From: Thermodesulfobacteriota bacterium
Lineage (GTDB): Bacteria > Desulfobacterota_D > UBA1144 > Nemesobacterales > Mycalebacteriaceae
Assembly: GCA_965226585.1 (NCBI GenBank)
Contig: OZ245366.1
Coordinates: 928,001-992,000 of the forward strand
Direction of reading: 5' to 3'
DNA length: 64,000 nt
The notes under the pieces were generated by a model that did not search any database, had not been told where the DNA came from, and was given only the letters and a program-made list of their open reading frames with translations. This document shows, one piece after another, positions 27,358 through 37,600 of this stretch (positions are counted from its first letter, which is position 1; each line of letters starts with the position of its first letter). The position numbers and the translations under genes are program-made.

Positions 27358-28127
27358 TATTTCCTTCCCTTTTTCAAAGTCTCAAGAAGAGCGTCAAGTT
27401 TTCCAACAGTTTCAGAATTCGACAGTTTTGCCGCAAGCATTTTCCGGTCTTCATTCTCAAAACAGCCCCTCACCTCTTCCGCAATTTTAGAGTTTCTCGC
27501 CTTTTTAACCTCAATAAAATCAGGCAAATCAATTTTCGCGCACTCTCTCACCGCTTCATCAACCGCGCCGCCCGGTTCCGCTATCCGGCTCACAATTCCG
27601 TTTTCAAGCGCCTGCTCAACACTGTGCAGTTTTCCGCCGTCAATAACTTCACTTCCCTCCTCTTGCCCCAAAACGCCTTCCACAAGGGCGGCGAGAGAGG
27701 CGGGCATGGGAAAACCGATTGAAGTTTCATTCAAACCCAGCAAGGTCTTTCCCTTCTCCGCTATCCTGATGTCGCAACACAGCGCGAGTATGCACCCTCC
27801 GGCAATGGCGTGTCCGCCAATCGCCGCCGCAACAGGGGCGGGATGCTCAAAAACCGTCAGCGCGGCTTTCAAAAAACCCTCAAACCAGCGGTCAATCTCC
27901 TCTTTGTCTCCCCTTTTGAAAAGCGAAACACAATTCCCAAGGTCAAGCCCCGGAGAGAACATCTTTCCGGCGGACGAAAGCACAACGGGTTTTCCGGGAT
28001 GGTTTTCTCTGAGAGACTCAAACGCGAAACTCAGGTCTGAGAAAAAGCCGTCATCCATCGTTCCGACCGCGTTTGAGTTCATCGCCGTAACGGCTGAACC
28101 GTCTCTTATTACAGTATCCCAGGGCAT
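27357..28127 (-). CDS. Enoyl-CoA hydratase/isomerase family protein
   Basis: FSPGLDL, AAIGGHAIAGGC.LAL.CD.R, GLNE..IG. Probable ATG at 28127 (the track start at 28310 overlaps purL). Confidence 0.9.
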   Translation of the reverse strand: MPWDTVIRDGSAVTAMNSNAVGTMDDGFFSDLSFAFESLRENHPGKPVVLSSAGKMFSPGLDLGNCVSLFKRGDKEEIDRWFEGFLKAALTVFEHPAPVAAAIGGHAIAGGCILALCCDIRIAEKGKTLLGLNETSIGFPMPASLAALVEGVLGQEEGSEVIDGGKLHSVEQALENGIVSRIAEPGGAVDEAVRECAKIDLPDFIEVKKARNSKIAEEVRGCFENEDRKMLAAKLSNSETVGKLDALLETLKKGRK

Positions 28128-28170
28128 CTGAAGGAAACTAACAGGAAGGCGCGGACGGCGCAAGGCGGAA

Positions 28171-28199
28171 ATGACACGGGGGGAAATGGCGGGTATAAT
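28171..28199 (+). promoter_or_regulatory. Probable sigma70 promoter of purL
   Basis: ATGACA-17 nt-TATAAT, 23 nt before the ATG. Confidence 0.55.
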
Positions 28200-28222
28200 C
28201 ACCCCGGTTCTTCTCCCCTCAA

Positions 28223-30451
28223 ATGCCGGCAAAAACATCCAAAAAACCCGAACACCGGAACGGACTTGACGCCGCACTGGAACACGGACTTTCACGGGAA
28301 GAATACGCATCCATAAAACAGACGCTCGGAAGAGAGCCCAACCTTGTTGAGACGGGAATTCTCGGCGCGATGTGGTCTGAACACTGCTCTTATAAGAGTT
28401 CTAAAGTCCACCTGCGCAAACTTCCGTCAAAAGGCAAAGCCGTTATTCACGGACCCGGAGAAAACGCCGGAGTAATGGACATCGGAGACGGCTACTGCGT
28501 GGTTTTCAAAATGGAAAGCCACAACCACCCGTCTTTTATAGAGCCGTATCAGGGAGCCGCGACCGGGGTGGGCGGCATTTTGAGAGATATTTTCACAATG
28601 GGCGCAAGACCGGTCGCCATTCTTGACTCACTCAGGTTCGGCAATCCCGCGCTTGAAAAAACAAAGTTTCTTGTAGACGGCGTTGTGTCGGGGATAGCCG
28701 GATACGGAAACTGCGTTGGCGTTCCAACTGTCGGCGGCGAGGTTGATTTTGACGACTGCTACAACGGCAACCCGCTTGTCAACGTTTTCGCGGTGGGAAT
28801 AGCGGCAAAGAACAGAATATTTACCGGACACGCCGCCGGAGTGGGCAATCCGGTTGTGTATGTCGGCTCAAAAACCGGAAGAGACGGAATAAAAGGCGCG
28901 GTTATGGCGTCAGATGTTTTTGATGACGAATCATCGGGAGACCGCCCCACCGTTCAGATAGGAGACCCTTTTACTGAAAAACTTCTCATTGAGGCGTGTA
29001 TGGAGCTTTTTGAAATGGACGCCGTTGTTGGAATACAGGACATGGGAGCCGCCGGGCTTACTTCATCATCCGCGGAAATGGCGAGCCGCAGCGGAAGCGG
29101 CATAAAACTTGAATGCAACAAAATTCCTCAGCGCGAAGACGGAATGACGCCCTATGAGATGATGCTTTCAGAGTCTCAAGAGCGGATGCTGATTGTTGTA
29201 AAAAAAGGAATGGAGGAAAAGGTTCGCGGGGTTTTTGAAAAATGGGGGCTTGATTTCGCGGTCATAGGGCGCGTGGAGGAAGGACAAGACCTTACGCTTT
29301 CTGAAAACGGCAAAACAGTGGCGCGCCTTCCGGTGAGTTTGATAGCGGAACCGCCCGAATATGAAAGACCCGTAAAACCGCCCGCCCGCCCCGCCGCGCC
29401 CCGGCAGTCCGCCACTCCGGAAGACGGCGCGGAAGATAATTTCGCAAAGATAATTTCTTCACCGTTTTCCGCGAGCAAACGCCGGATATACGAGCAATAC
29501 GACCACATGGTTGGCACAAACACCGCCGTGCCTCCGGGGTCTGATTCCTCAATCATTCGCATAAAAGGCACGTCAAAAGCCCTCGCCCTTACCTCAAACT
29601 GCAACTCCCGCTACTGTGTTCTCAACCCCAGAGAGGGGGCAAAATCCGCAGTCGCGGAAAGCGCGAGAAATGTGGCTTGCTGCGGGGCAAAACCGCTTGG
29701 AATTACAGACTGCCTGAACTTTGGCAACCCTGAAAACCCGGAAGTTATGTGGCAGTTCAAGGAAGCCGTTGAGGGAATTTCCGAAGCGGCGGAACGGTTT
29801 TCAACACCGGTTGTAAGCGGAAACGTGAGTCTTTACAACGAAACGGCGGGCGTATCAATCAACCCCACGCCGGTAATAGGAATGGTGGGGATTTTGGAAG
29901 ATATTTCAAAAGCCGTGCCGCAATTTTTCAGCGATGAGGGAGACCTCATTTTTGTTGCCGGAAACACGCGCGAGGAGATGGGCGGAAGCCTTTTCTCTCT
30001 GCTTTTACAGGGTGAAGTTTCCGGAGAGCCGCCCGCAGTTGACCTTGAAAGCGAAGCGCGGCTTGTTTCGTCTTTGGTGGAATGCGCGGACAAGGGTATA
30101 ATCAAATCTGCTCATGATATTTCAGAGGGAGGGCTGGGTGTGACGCTTGCCGAGTGCTGTTTCTCTCCGCAAGGCGGACGCGCCGGATTTTCCATTTCAA
30201 CGGGGAATATCAATCCTGAAATCAAAAACAGCAACACTCTGCTTTTTTCTGAATCGCAGGGGCGCACAGTTTTTACCGCAAGCCCCGAAAATGAGGCGGA
30301 AATTACGGATGTTTTTCTCTCAGGCGGCGTGCCCGTCCACAAGGCGGGAACAGTTACGGCGGACGGCGTTATGGAGTTCAAAGGGGTTTTTTCGGCAACA
30401 GTTAAAGAAACTATGGACATCTGGCTGGAAGGTTTTCAGAAAGCGTTATGA
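28223..30451 (+). CDS. purL: FGAM synthase subunit PurL (small type)
   Basis: [38 protein letters not shown]. Confidence 0.98.
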   Translation: MPAKTSKKPEHRNGLDAALEHGLSREEYASIKQTLGREPNLVETGILGAMWSEHCSYKSSKVHLRKLPSKGKAVIHGPGENAGVMDIGDGYCVVFKMESHNHPSFIEPYQGAATGVGGILRDIFTMGARPVAILDSLRFGNPALEKTKFLVDGVVSGIAGYGNCVGVPTVGGEVDFDDCYNGNPLVNVFAVGIAAKNRIFTGHAAGVGNPVVYVGSKTGRDGIKGAVMASDVFDDESSGDRPTVQIGDPFTEKLLIEACMELFEMDAVVGIQDMGAAGLTSSSAEMASRSGSGIKLECNKIPQREDGMTPYEMMLSESQERMLIVVKKGMEEKVRGVFEKWGLDFAVIGRVEEGQDLTLSENGKTVARLPVSLIAEPPEYERPVKPPARPAAPRQSATPEDGAEDNFAKIISSPFSASKRRIYEQYDHMVGTNTAVPPGSDSSIIRIKGTSKALALTSNCNSRYCVLNPREGAKSAVAESARNVACCGAKPLGITDCLNFGNPENPEVMWQFKEAVEGISEAAERFSTPVVSGNVSLYNETAGVSINPTPVIGMVGILEDISKAVPQFFSDEGDLIFVAGNTREEMGGSLFSLLLQGEVSGEPPAVDLESEARLVSSLVECADKGIIKSAHDISEGGLGVTLAECCFSPQGGRAGFSISTGNINPEIKNSNTLLFSESQGRTVFTASPENEAEITDVFLSGGVPVHKAGTVTADGVMEFKGVFSATVKETMDIWLEGFQKAL

Positions 30452-31869
30452 CTTCCCAACTTAAAGAGGAATGCGGAGTTTTCGGGATTTTCAACCACGA
30501 GGAGGCGGCAAACCTCGCCTATCTGGGGCTTCACTCTCTCCAGCACCGGGGGCAGGAAAGCGCGGGAATAACAACATCTGACGGCAGACGGCTTTACAGA
30601 AAACGCGCTATGGGGCTTGTGGCGGACATATTTGATGAAGAGTCTCTCAAAGGGCTTAAGGGCAAAAGCGCCATAGGGCACGTGAGGTATTCAACATCGG
30701 GTTCCAGTACGCTGAACAACATACAGCCGATTGTTATAACGCGCTCCGGCTCTGAAATGGCAATCGCCCACAACGGCAACCTTACAAACGCGCTGACGCT
30801 GAGAGGGCAGCTTGAAGATGAAGGCGCGATATTTCAGTCCACAACAGACACCGAAGTTGTTGTTCACCTGATGGCGAGGTCGAAAAAACAGAGTCTGGCG
30901 GAGAGGATTGTTCACGCCCTGTCCTTCTGCAAAGGCGCGTATTCAATTGTGTTTCTGGATTCCGAAAAGCTTGTCGCCGCGAGAGACCCTTACGGCTTCA
31001 GGCCTCTTGTGCTTGGCAAACTGGGCGATGACTCTTATGTTGTGGCGTCTGAAACTTGCGCGTTTGACCTTATAAACGCAAGATATGTCAGAGAAATTGA
31101 GCCGGGAGAGGTTGTTATCATTGACGGCGACAAGGTGGAATCTCTCAAGCCCTTCCCTGAGAAAAAGCCCGCCGCGTGCATATTTGAATACATATATTTT
31201 TCCCGTCCCGACAGCAACTCCGGCGGGCGCAGTATGTATCTGGTGCGCAAGGAGCTTGGCAAACAGCTCGCCGTTGAACAGCCGGCGGAAGCGGACATTG
31301 TTATAGCGGTTCCCGATTCCGGGGTTCCCTCCGCGATGGGTTATTCCGAACAGATTGGGGTTCCGCTTGAGATGGGTTTTTTGAGAAGCCACTATGTGGG
31401 AAGAACGTTTATTGAGCCGGAGCAGTCCATCAGAAACTTCGGGGTGAAACTGAAACTCAGCGCGATAAGAGAGGTTATAAAAAACAAAAGGGTTGTCATT
31501 GTTGACGACTCAATAGTGCGGGGAACAACCAGCAGAAAAATTGTGAAAATGGTTAGAGACGCGGGCGCGAAAGAGGTTCATGTGAGGATATGCTCGCCGC
31601 CGATGAAGTTTTCCTGCTACTACGGAATAGACACGCCGAACAAGGATGAACTTATCGCCAATTCGCTTGAAGTTGACGAGATACGGAAATACATAACCGC
31701 AGACTCTCTCGGATATTTGAGCAAACAGGGAATAGACATCGCGGTTGAAAACAGCTCTCCGGACGGAAAAAAAGAGGGCTACTGCTACGCCTGCTTTACG
31801 GGAGACTACAAGGTTGAGATAGATGACCTGAAACTGTCTTCCACTCAAATGGATCTTTTTCCCGACTGA
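30448..31869 (+). CDS. purF: Amidophosphoribosyltransferase
   Basis: Propeptide [30 protein letters not shown]. Confidence 0.98.
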   Translation: MTSQLKEECGVFGIFNHEEAANLAYLGLHSLQHRGQESAGITTSDGRRLYRKRAMGLVADIFDEESLKGLKGKSAIGHVRYSTSGSSTLNNIQPIVITRSGSEMAIAHNGNLTNALTLRGQLEDEGAIFQSTTDTEVVVHLMARSKKQSLAERIVHALSFCKGAYSIVFLDSEKLVAARDPYGFRPLVLGKLGDDSYVVASETCAFDLINARYVREIEPGEVVIIDGDKVESLKPFPEKKPAACIFEYIYFSRPDSNSGGRSMYLVRKELGKQLAVEQPAEADIVIAVPDSGVPSAMGYSEQIGVPLEMGFLRSHYVGRTFIEPEQSIRNFGVKLKLSAIREVIKNKRVVIVDDSIVRGTTSRKIVKMVRDAGAKEVHVRICSPPMKFSCYYGIDTPNKDELIANSLEVDEIRKYITADSLGYLSKQGIDIAVENSSPDGKKEGYCYACFTGDYKVEIDDLKLSSTQMDLFPD

Positions 31870-31875
31870 ACTTGT

Positions 31876-34641
31876 TCAACCGTCCGTTTCTTTCAGTTCC
31901 GCTTCAAGAGCCTCTTTGCGGCGGGCAAACTCCTCAAGTTTCCCCTTTTCCTTGCTGACAACTTTTTCGGGCGCTTTGTTTTTGAACTCCGGGTCTGCGA
32001 GTTTGCGTTCGCTTTGAAGCAGTTTTTTTGAAACTTCCTCAAGCTCTTTTCTGACAGCGCCGGCATCTCTCCGCTCGCGGGATTCATCTGTTTTTTCGGG
32101 TTTTATTTTGAGCCTGATATTAAACCTTTTTCCGGGTTTGTCTTCCGTTCCGCTTTCGCAGGTAAAGGATATCGGACATTCAAACCCTTCAAGATGTGAG
32201 AATTCCTCTTCATCCGAACAGAACGAGAAGGATGATATTCCCGCGAGTTTTTCAAGCACGGCGGAGCAAGATTCAATTAAATCGCGCGTTTCTTTTCCGC
32301 CCTTCCCTTTTTCGGACAGGAAAAAAACTTCTATTTTTTCAGACACTTTAATTCCTGCGGTTCCCCTGCGGACGCGTATCTCATCAACCAGCCCCTCAAA
32401 CAGAAAACTCATATTTTCGTGGTCGCGGCTGAAATCACGCGCGATTTTTTCATCACAAACGGGGTAGTCCAAATCAAGCAGGCTGAGCGGCCGGGCTCCG
32501 AGTGTTTGTCTTATTCTGTCGTTAATCTCTTCGGCAAGATGCGGGCAGAATGGGTGAAGGGCTCTCGCGGAGCAGTAGAGAGTGTGGAAAAGCGTGCGCG
32601 CCGCTGTTTTTGCCCGGGCGGGGTCGTCTCCGTATATGGAGATTTTTGCGGTTTCTATGTAGCGGTCACAAAAATCTCTCCAGAAAAAGCGGTATATCTC
32701 CTGCGCCGCTTTTCCGAATTCGTAGTTTTCCATATAGCCGTCAATCTTTTTCAGGGCGATATTCATTGCCGCGATTATCCATTTGTCGGCCGAGGAAAGC
32801 CCGTCTTTATTGATTGAAAAGCCCGGCTCCAGAATTTCTTTTATTTCTTCCGTGTCTGCATCGCCGGTTTCAAGAATAAAACGGCTCGCGTTCCACACCT
32901 TGTTCATAAAGTTTCTGTAACCCCTGATTGCCGAAATGGAGAGGTCTATGTCTCTTCCGCCCGAAGTGAGCGCGCAAAGGCAGAAACGCAGAGCGTCTGC
33001 GCCGAATTCGTCCGCAATTTCAAGCGGGTCTATCACGTTACCCTTGGTTTTGCTCATCTTCTCGCCTTTTTCGTCCCGCACAAGACCGTGAATATAGATG
33101 TCTGTGAAAGGCGCCCTGCCCGTGAACTGAAGTCCCATCATCGCCATTCTGGCGACCCAGAAAAATATGATGTCAAAACCCGTTATCAGAACGCTTGTGG
33201 GATAGTATTTTTCAAGCAGGGCGTTCTCGCGGGGCCAGTCCATTGTGGCAAACGGCCATAGGGCTGAAGAAAACCATGTGTCCAGAACATTGGAATCTCT
33301 TGTGAGTTCAACCTGTTTTCCGTAATGTTTTTCCGCCAGTTTCCGCGCGGATTCTTCGTCTTTCTCAACAAACACCTCTCCGTCAGGCCCGTACCATGCC
33401 GGTATCTGATGTCCCCACCACAACTGCCTTGATATGCACCACGGCTCTATGTTGTTCATCCACCGGAAGTAGGTTCTCTCCCAGAACTTCGGGTGAAACT
33501 TCATTTTGCCCTCTTCAACCGCCTTCACCGCCTCGCGCGCGAACTCGCTTACTTCCATGTACCACTGCTCCATAAGGCGCGGCTCTATAACCGCTCCAGA
33601 CCTGTCGCCGTAGGGAACCGTGTGCGAAATCTCTTCGGTTTTTTCAAGAAATCCGCCCGCTTCAAGGTCTTTAAGAAGTTGCTTTCTCGCCTCAAACCTC
33701 TCAAGCCCCCCGTATTTTCCGGGAACGTTTTCATTAAGGCGCATATCTTCGTCAAATATGTTCACAAGCGGCAGGTCGTGTCTTCTGCCCACCTCAAAGT
33801 CGTTAAAATCGTGAGCGGGGGTTATCTTCACCGCGCCGCTTCCCTTTTCGGGGTCTGAGTACTCATCGGCTATTATCGGAATAGTTTTGCCGGTGAGCGG
33901 AAGCTCCACTTCCGTGCCCACAAGTTTTTTGTATCTCTCATCTTCGGGATGAACCGCAACAGCCACGTCGCCGAGCATGGTTTCGGGTCTTGTGGTTGCC
34001 ACAACTATGGAGCCTTCACCGTTTTTAAACGGATATTTTATGTGCCAGTAATGACCCGGAACCTCTTTCTGCTCAACCTCCAGGTCTGAAACGGCGGTTT
34101 TCAGGCCAGGGTCGTAATTAACAAGACGATTGTCGCGTCTGATAAAACCCTTTCCGTAAAGGTCAACAAACACGCTCTTTACGGCTTCGGAGAAACCGTC
34201 ATCCATCGTGAAACGTTCTCTGCTCCAGTCGGGAATAAATCCCATCGTGCGTATCTGCTCAAGGATTTTTTCGCTTGACTGCTCCTTGAACTCCAGAACT
34301 TTCTCAAGGAACGCCTCTTTTCCGAGGTCTTCCCTGCTTCCGCCCTCTTTTGCCAGTTCGCGCTCAACCACCATTTGAGTGGCAATTCCGGCGTGGTCTG
34401 TTCCCGGAACCCAGAGAACGTCAAAGCCCTTCATTTTTTTATAGCGGACAAGAACATCCTGAAGCGTGTTGTTCAGGGCGTGCCCTATGTGCAGAGAGCC
34501 CGTAACATTGGGCGGGGGCATAACGATTGAGAAAGCGGGACGTTTTCCGCCGCCGCCTGCCGGAGACTTGAACTTTTCATTCTCAATCCAGAATGTCCGC
34601 CATTTTTTTTCAAGCGGACCCGGATTGTAGGACTTTTCCAT
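31876..34641 (-). CDS. valS: Valine--tRNA ligase
   Basis: PPPNVTGSLHIGH, KMSKTKGN, WCISRQLWWGH. Start at 34641 or 34662. Confidence 0.98.
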   Translation of the reverse strand: MEKSYNPGPLEKKWRTFWIENEKFKSPAGGGGKRPAFSIVMPPPNVTGSLHIGHALNNTLQDVLVRYKKMKGFDVLWVPGTDHAGIATQMVVERELAKEGGSREDLGKEAFLEKVLEFKEQSSEKILEQIRTMGFIPDWSRERFTMDDGFSEAVKSVFVDLYGKGFIRRDNRLVNYDPGLKTAVSDLEVEQKEVPGHYWHIKYPFKNGEGSIVVATTRPETMLGDVAVAVHPEDERYKKLVGTEVELPLTGKTIPIIADEYSDPEKGSGAVKITPAHDFNDFEVGRRHDLPLVNIFDEDMRLNENVPGKYGGLERFEARKQLLKDLEAGGFLEKTEEISHTVPYGDRSGAVIEPRLMEQWYMEVSEFAREAVKAVEEGKMKFHPKFWERTYFRWMNNIEPWCISRQLWWGHQIPAWYGPDGEVFVEKDEESARKLAEKHYGKQVELTRDSNVLDTWFSSALWPFATMDWPRENALLEKYYPTSVLITGFDIIFFWVARMAMMGLQFTGRAPFTDIYIHGLVRDEKGEKMSKTKGNVIDPLEIADEFGADALRFCLCALTSGGRDIDLSISAIRGYRNFMNKVWNASRFILETGDADTEEIKEILEPGFSINKDGLSSADKWIIAAMNIALKKIDGYMENYEFGKAAQEIYRFFWRDFCDRYIETAKISIYGDDPARAKTAARTLFHTLYCSARALHPFCPHLAEEINDRIRQTLGARPLSLLDLDYPVCDEKIARDFSRDHENMSFLFEGLVDEIRVRRGTAGIKVSEKIEVFFLSEKGKGGKETRDLIESCSAVLEKLAGISSFSFCSDEEEFSHLEGFECPISFTCESGTEDKPGKRFNIRLKIKPEKTDESRERRDAGAVRKELEEVSKKLLQSERKLADPEFKNKAPEKVVSKEKGKLEEFARRKEALEAELKETDG

Positions 34642-34664
34642 ACCACCCGAAACAGGAGGCACGG

Positions 34665-37600
34665 CTATACCCCCGGTTTTTCTGTAAGGTTTTCGGATTT
34701 GGTTTCTTCAACCAGAGGCACTGAAACTATCTCTTCCTCTTCCTTGTCAATCGTGATGTTTCTGTAAACATCAAGCCCCGTGCCGGCGGGAATCAGCTTG
34801 CCGATAATGACGTTCTCTTTGAGACCTTTCAGTTTGTCCTCTTTGCCCTCGCAAGCGGCTTCGGTGAGGATTTTTGTTGTTTCCTGGAAGGAAGCGGCGG
34901 ACAGCCAGCTCTCCGTGCTGAGAGATGAACGGGTTATTCCGAGAAGCAGAGGCTCCGCCGTTGCGGGTTTTCCGTCCTGCTCTTCCACCTCTGAGTTTTC
35001 CTTGTGGAAAAGAGTTTTGCTCACCGGCTCTCCGGGAAGCATGGTTGTGTCTCCGGGGTCTTTTATCTTCACCCTCTTGAGCATCTGCCTGACAATCACC
35101 TCTATGTGTTTGTCGTTTATCCTGACGCCCTGAAGTTTGTACACTTCCTGAATTTCATTGACAAGGAACTCGCTGAGCGCCTTTTCACCCTTAATTTTCA
35201 GGATGTCGTGCGGGTTTTCATCACCGTCCACAAGCTTTTCTCCGGCGACAACAAAGTCTCCCCCTCTCACGAGAATGTGTTCTCCTCTCGGAACGATGTA
35301 TTCCTTTTTCTCTCCAATTTTCGGCTGGACAAACACGCGCCTTTTGCCCTTGAAGTCATCTCCGAAGGAAACATTGCCGTCAATCTCGCTCACTATCGCG
35401 AGGTCTTTCGGAATGCGGGCTTCAAACAACTCCGCGACTCTCGGCAGACCGCCGGTTATGTCTTTCGTTTTCGCGGTTTCTTTCGGAATTTTCGCGATAA
35501 TGTCGCCCGGTTTTACCTCTTCGCCGTCGCTTTTCTCTATAATCGCGCCGGTGGGAAGGTCTTCGGACTGCAGGGAATCCCGGTTTGCTGAAGTCGCGCC
35601 GCCTTTGAGAAGGACTATCCTCGGCTTCAGTTTGGTGTTCTTGGTTTCTATCACAACTTTTTCAAGCATTCCGGTTACCTCGTCCACCTGCTCTTTCAGC
35701 GTGATACCTGATTCAAGGTCTTCCCATTTTACCGTTCCCGAAGTCTCGGAAATAATCGGCGTTGTGTACGGGTCCCATTCGGCAAGAAGGGTTTTTTCCT
35801 TAACCTTCTCCCCGTCTTTGACCTTGAGCCGCGAGCCCAGTTCAAGTTTGTGGTTTTCCCTTTCGTAGCCCTTGTCATCCACAACGGATACGCGCCCGTT
35901 TCTGTTGGTTACGATAAGCACGCCACCGGTTTCCACGGTTTCCAGACTGGACATTTTTATTATGCCGGCGTAGTTGTTCTCAAGCGTGTTCTGCATCGCG
36001 CTCTGGCTTGCCGCTCCGCCAATGTGGAAGGTTCTCATCGTGAGCTGTGTTCCCGGCTCTCCGATGGACTGCGCCGCCATAATTCCAACAGCTTCGCCGA
36101 TGTCCACTATCTTTCCGGTTGACAGGTTTCTGCCATAGCAAAGGCGGCATATTCCCTCTTCGGTGTCGCAGGTGAGAACGGAACGGATTTTGATTTCGCT
36201 GATGCTGCTTGCGTTGATTTTGTCAGCCGCTTCGTTGTCTATTTCCTCTCCGCCTTTAACTATGGTTTCTCCCGTGTCGGGATCTTTGAGGTCGTCAAGA
36301 ACAACCCTTCCGAGCACTCTGTCTCCCACTCTTTCGCGTACCTTGCCTCCCTCCACGATGTTTGTGTAGAGAAGCCCCTCAATCGTGCGGCAGTTTTCTT
36401 CCGTAACGATTATGTCGTGGGCAACATCTATCAGTTTTCTGGTCAAATGTCCCGCGTTCGCGGTTTTAAGCGCGGTGTCTGCAAGACCTTTTCTTGCTCC
36501 GTGAGTTGAGATGAAGTAGTCCATCACCTTCATTCCTTCCCTGAAGTTTGAAGTTATGGGCTTCTCAATAATCGTGCCGTCCGGCCGCGCCATCAGTCCC
36601 CTCATTCCGGCAAGCTGCCTCACCTGAGTTTTACTTCCGCGCGCGCCCGAATCTATCATCATGTAGATGGGGTTTGAACTTGAGCCGTGTTTCTCTTCGC
36701 CGGACTCGTCGCTTACGGTGTCAAACTTGATGTTCTCCATCATTTCGTCCGCAACCTCATCACTGGTTTTAGACCAGATGTCCACAATCTTGTTGTAACG
36801 TTCGCCGTCCGTGATAAGACCCTGCGAATGCTGTTCCCTGACCTTCTCCTCTTCCTTCCGAGCCTGTTCAACAAGACGCTCTTTGTTGCCGGGAATTTCC
36901 ATGTCGTTGATGGAAATTGAGATACCGGACTTGGTCGCGTATTTGAAACCGAGAGTTCTTATGCGGTCTGCCATAACAACGGTTTCCTTGCCGCCTTTCA
37001 TTCTGAAGCAGGTGTCCACAAGGCCTTCAACCTCATGCTTGCTCATGGGCTTGTTGACAAGGTCAAACGGAAGGCTTTCCGGAATCGCTTCGTGGTAAAG
37101 AATCACCCTTCCGACTGTTGTCTCAACAGTATCGGCTTTGATTTTCACCTTTATCCGCGCGTGAATGCCCAGATAACCGGAGTTGTAAGCCATAATCACC
37201 TCTTCGGGCGAAGAGAGATATTTGCCGTCTCCTTTGCTGTGAGCGGAGTCTTTTGTCATGTAGTAGATTCCGAGCACGATATCTTGAGTTGGCAGAATAA
37301 CGGGCTTGCCGTGAGCGGGTGAAAGTATGTTGTTGGTAGACATCACCAGCGTCCGGCATTCGGTTTGCGCCTCAACTGAGAGAGGAACGTGAACCGCCAT
37401 CTGGTCGCCGTCAAAGTCTGCGTTGTATGCCGGGCAGACAAGCGGGTGAACCCTGATAGATCTGTCCTCCACAAGCACCGGCTCGAATGCCTGTATGCTC
37501 AATTTGTGGAGAGTCGGGGCGCGGTTAAGCATAACCATGTGCTCTTTGATAACGTCATCAAGAGCGTCCCAAACAACCGGCGAGCTTGTCTCAACAAACT

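Noticed and set aside
27127..28131. 334-aa plus-strand ORF and the many other long antisense or alternate-frame ORFs (for example 18666-19544, 35158-35868, 47366-48028)
   Set aside because: Shadows of well-conserved genes, with Ser/Pro-rich nonsense composition and no motifs.
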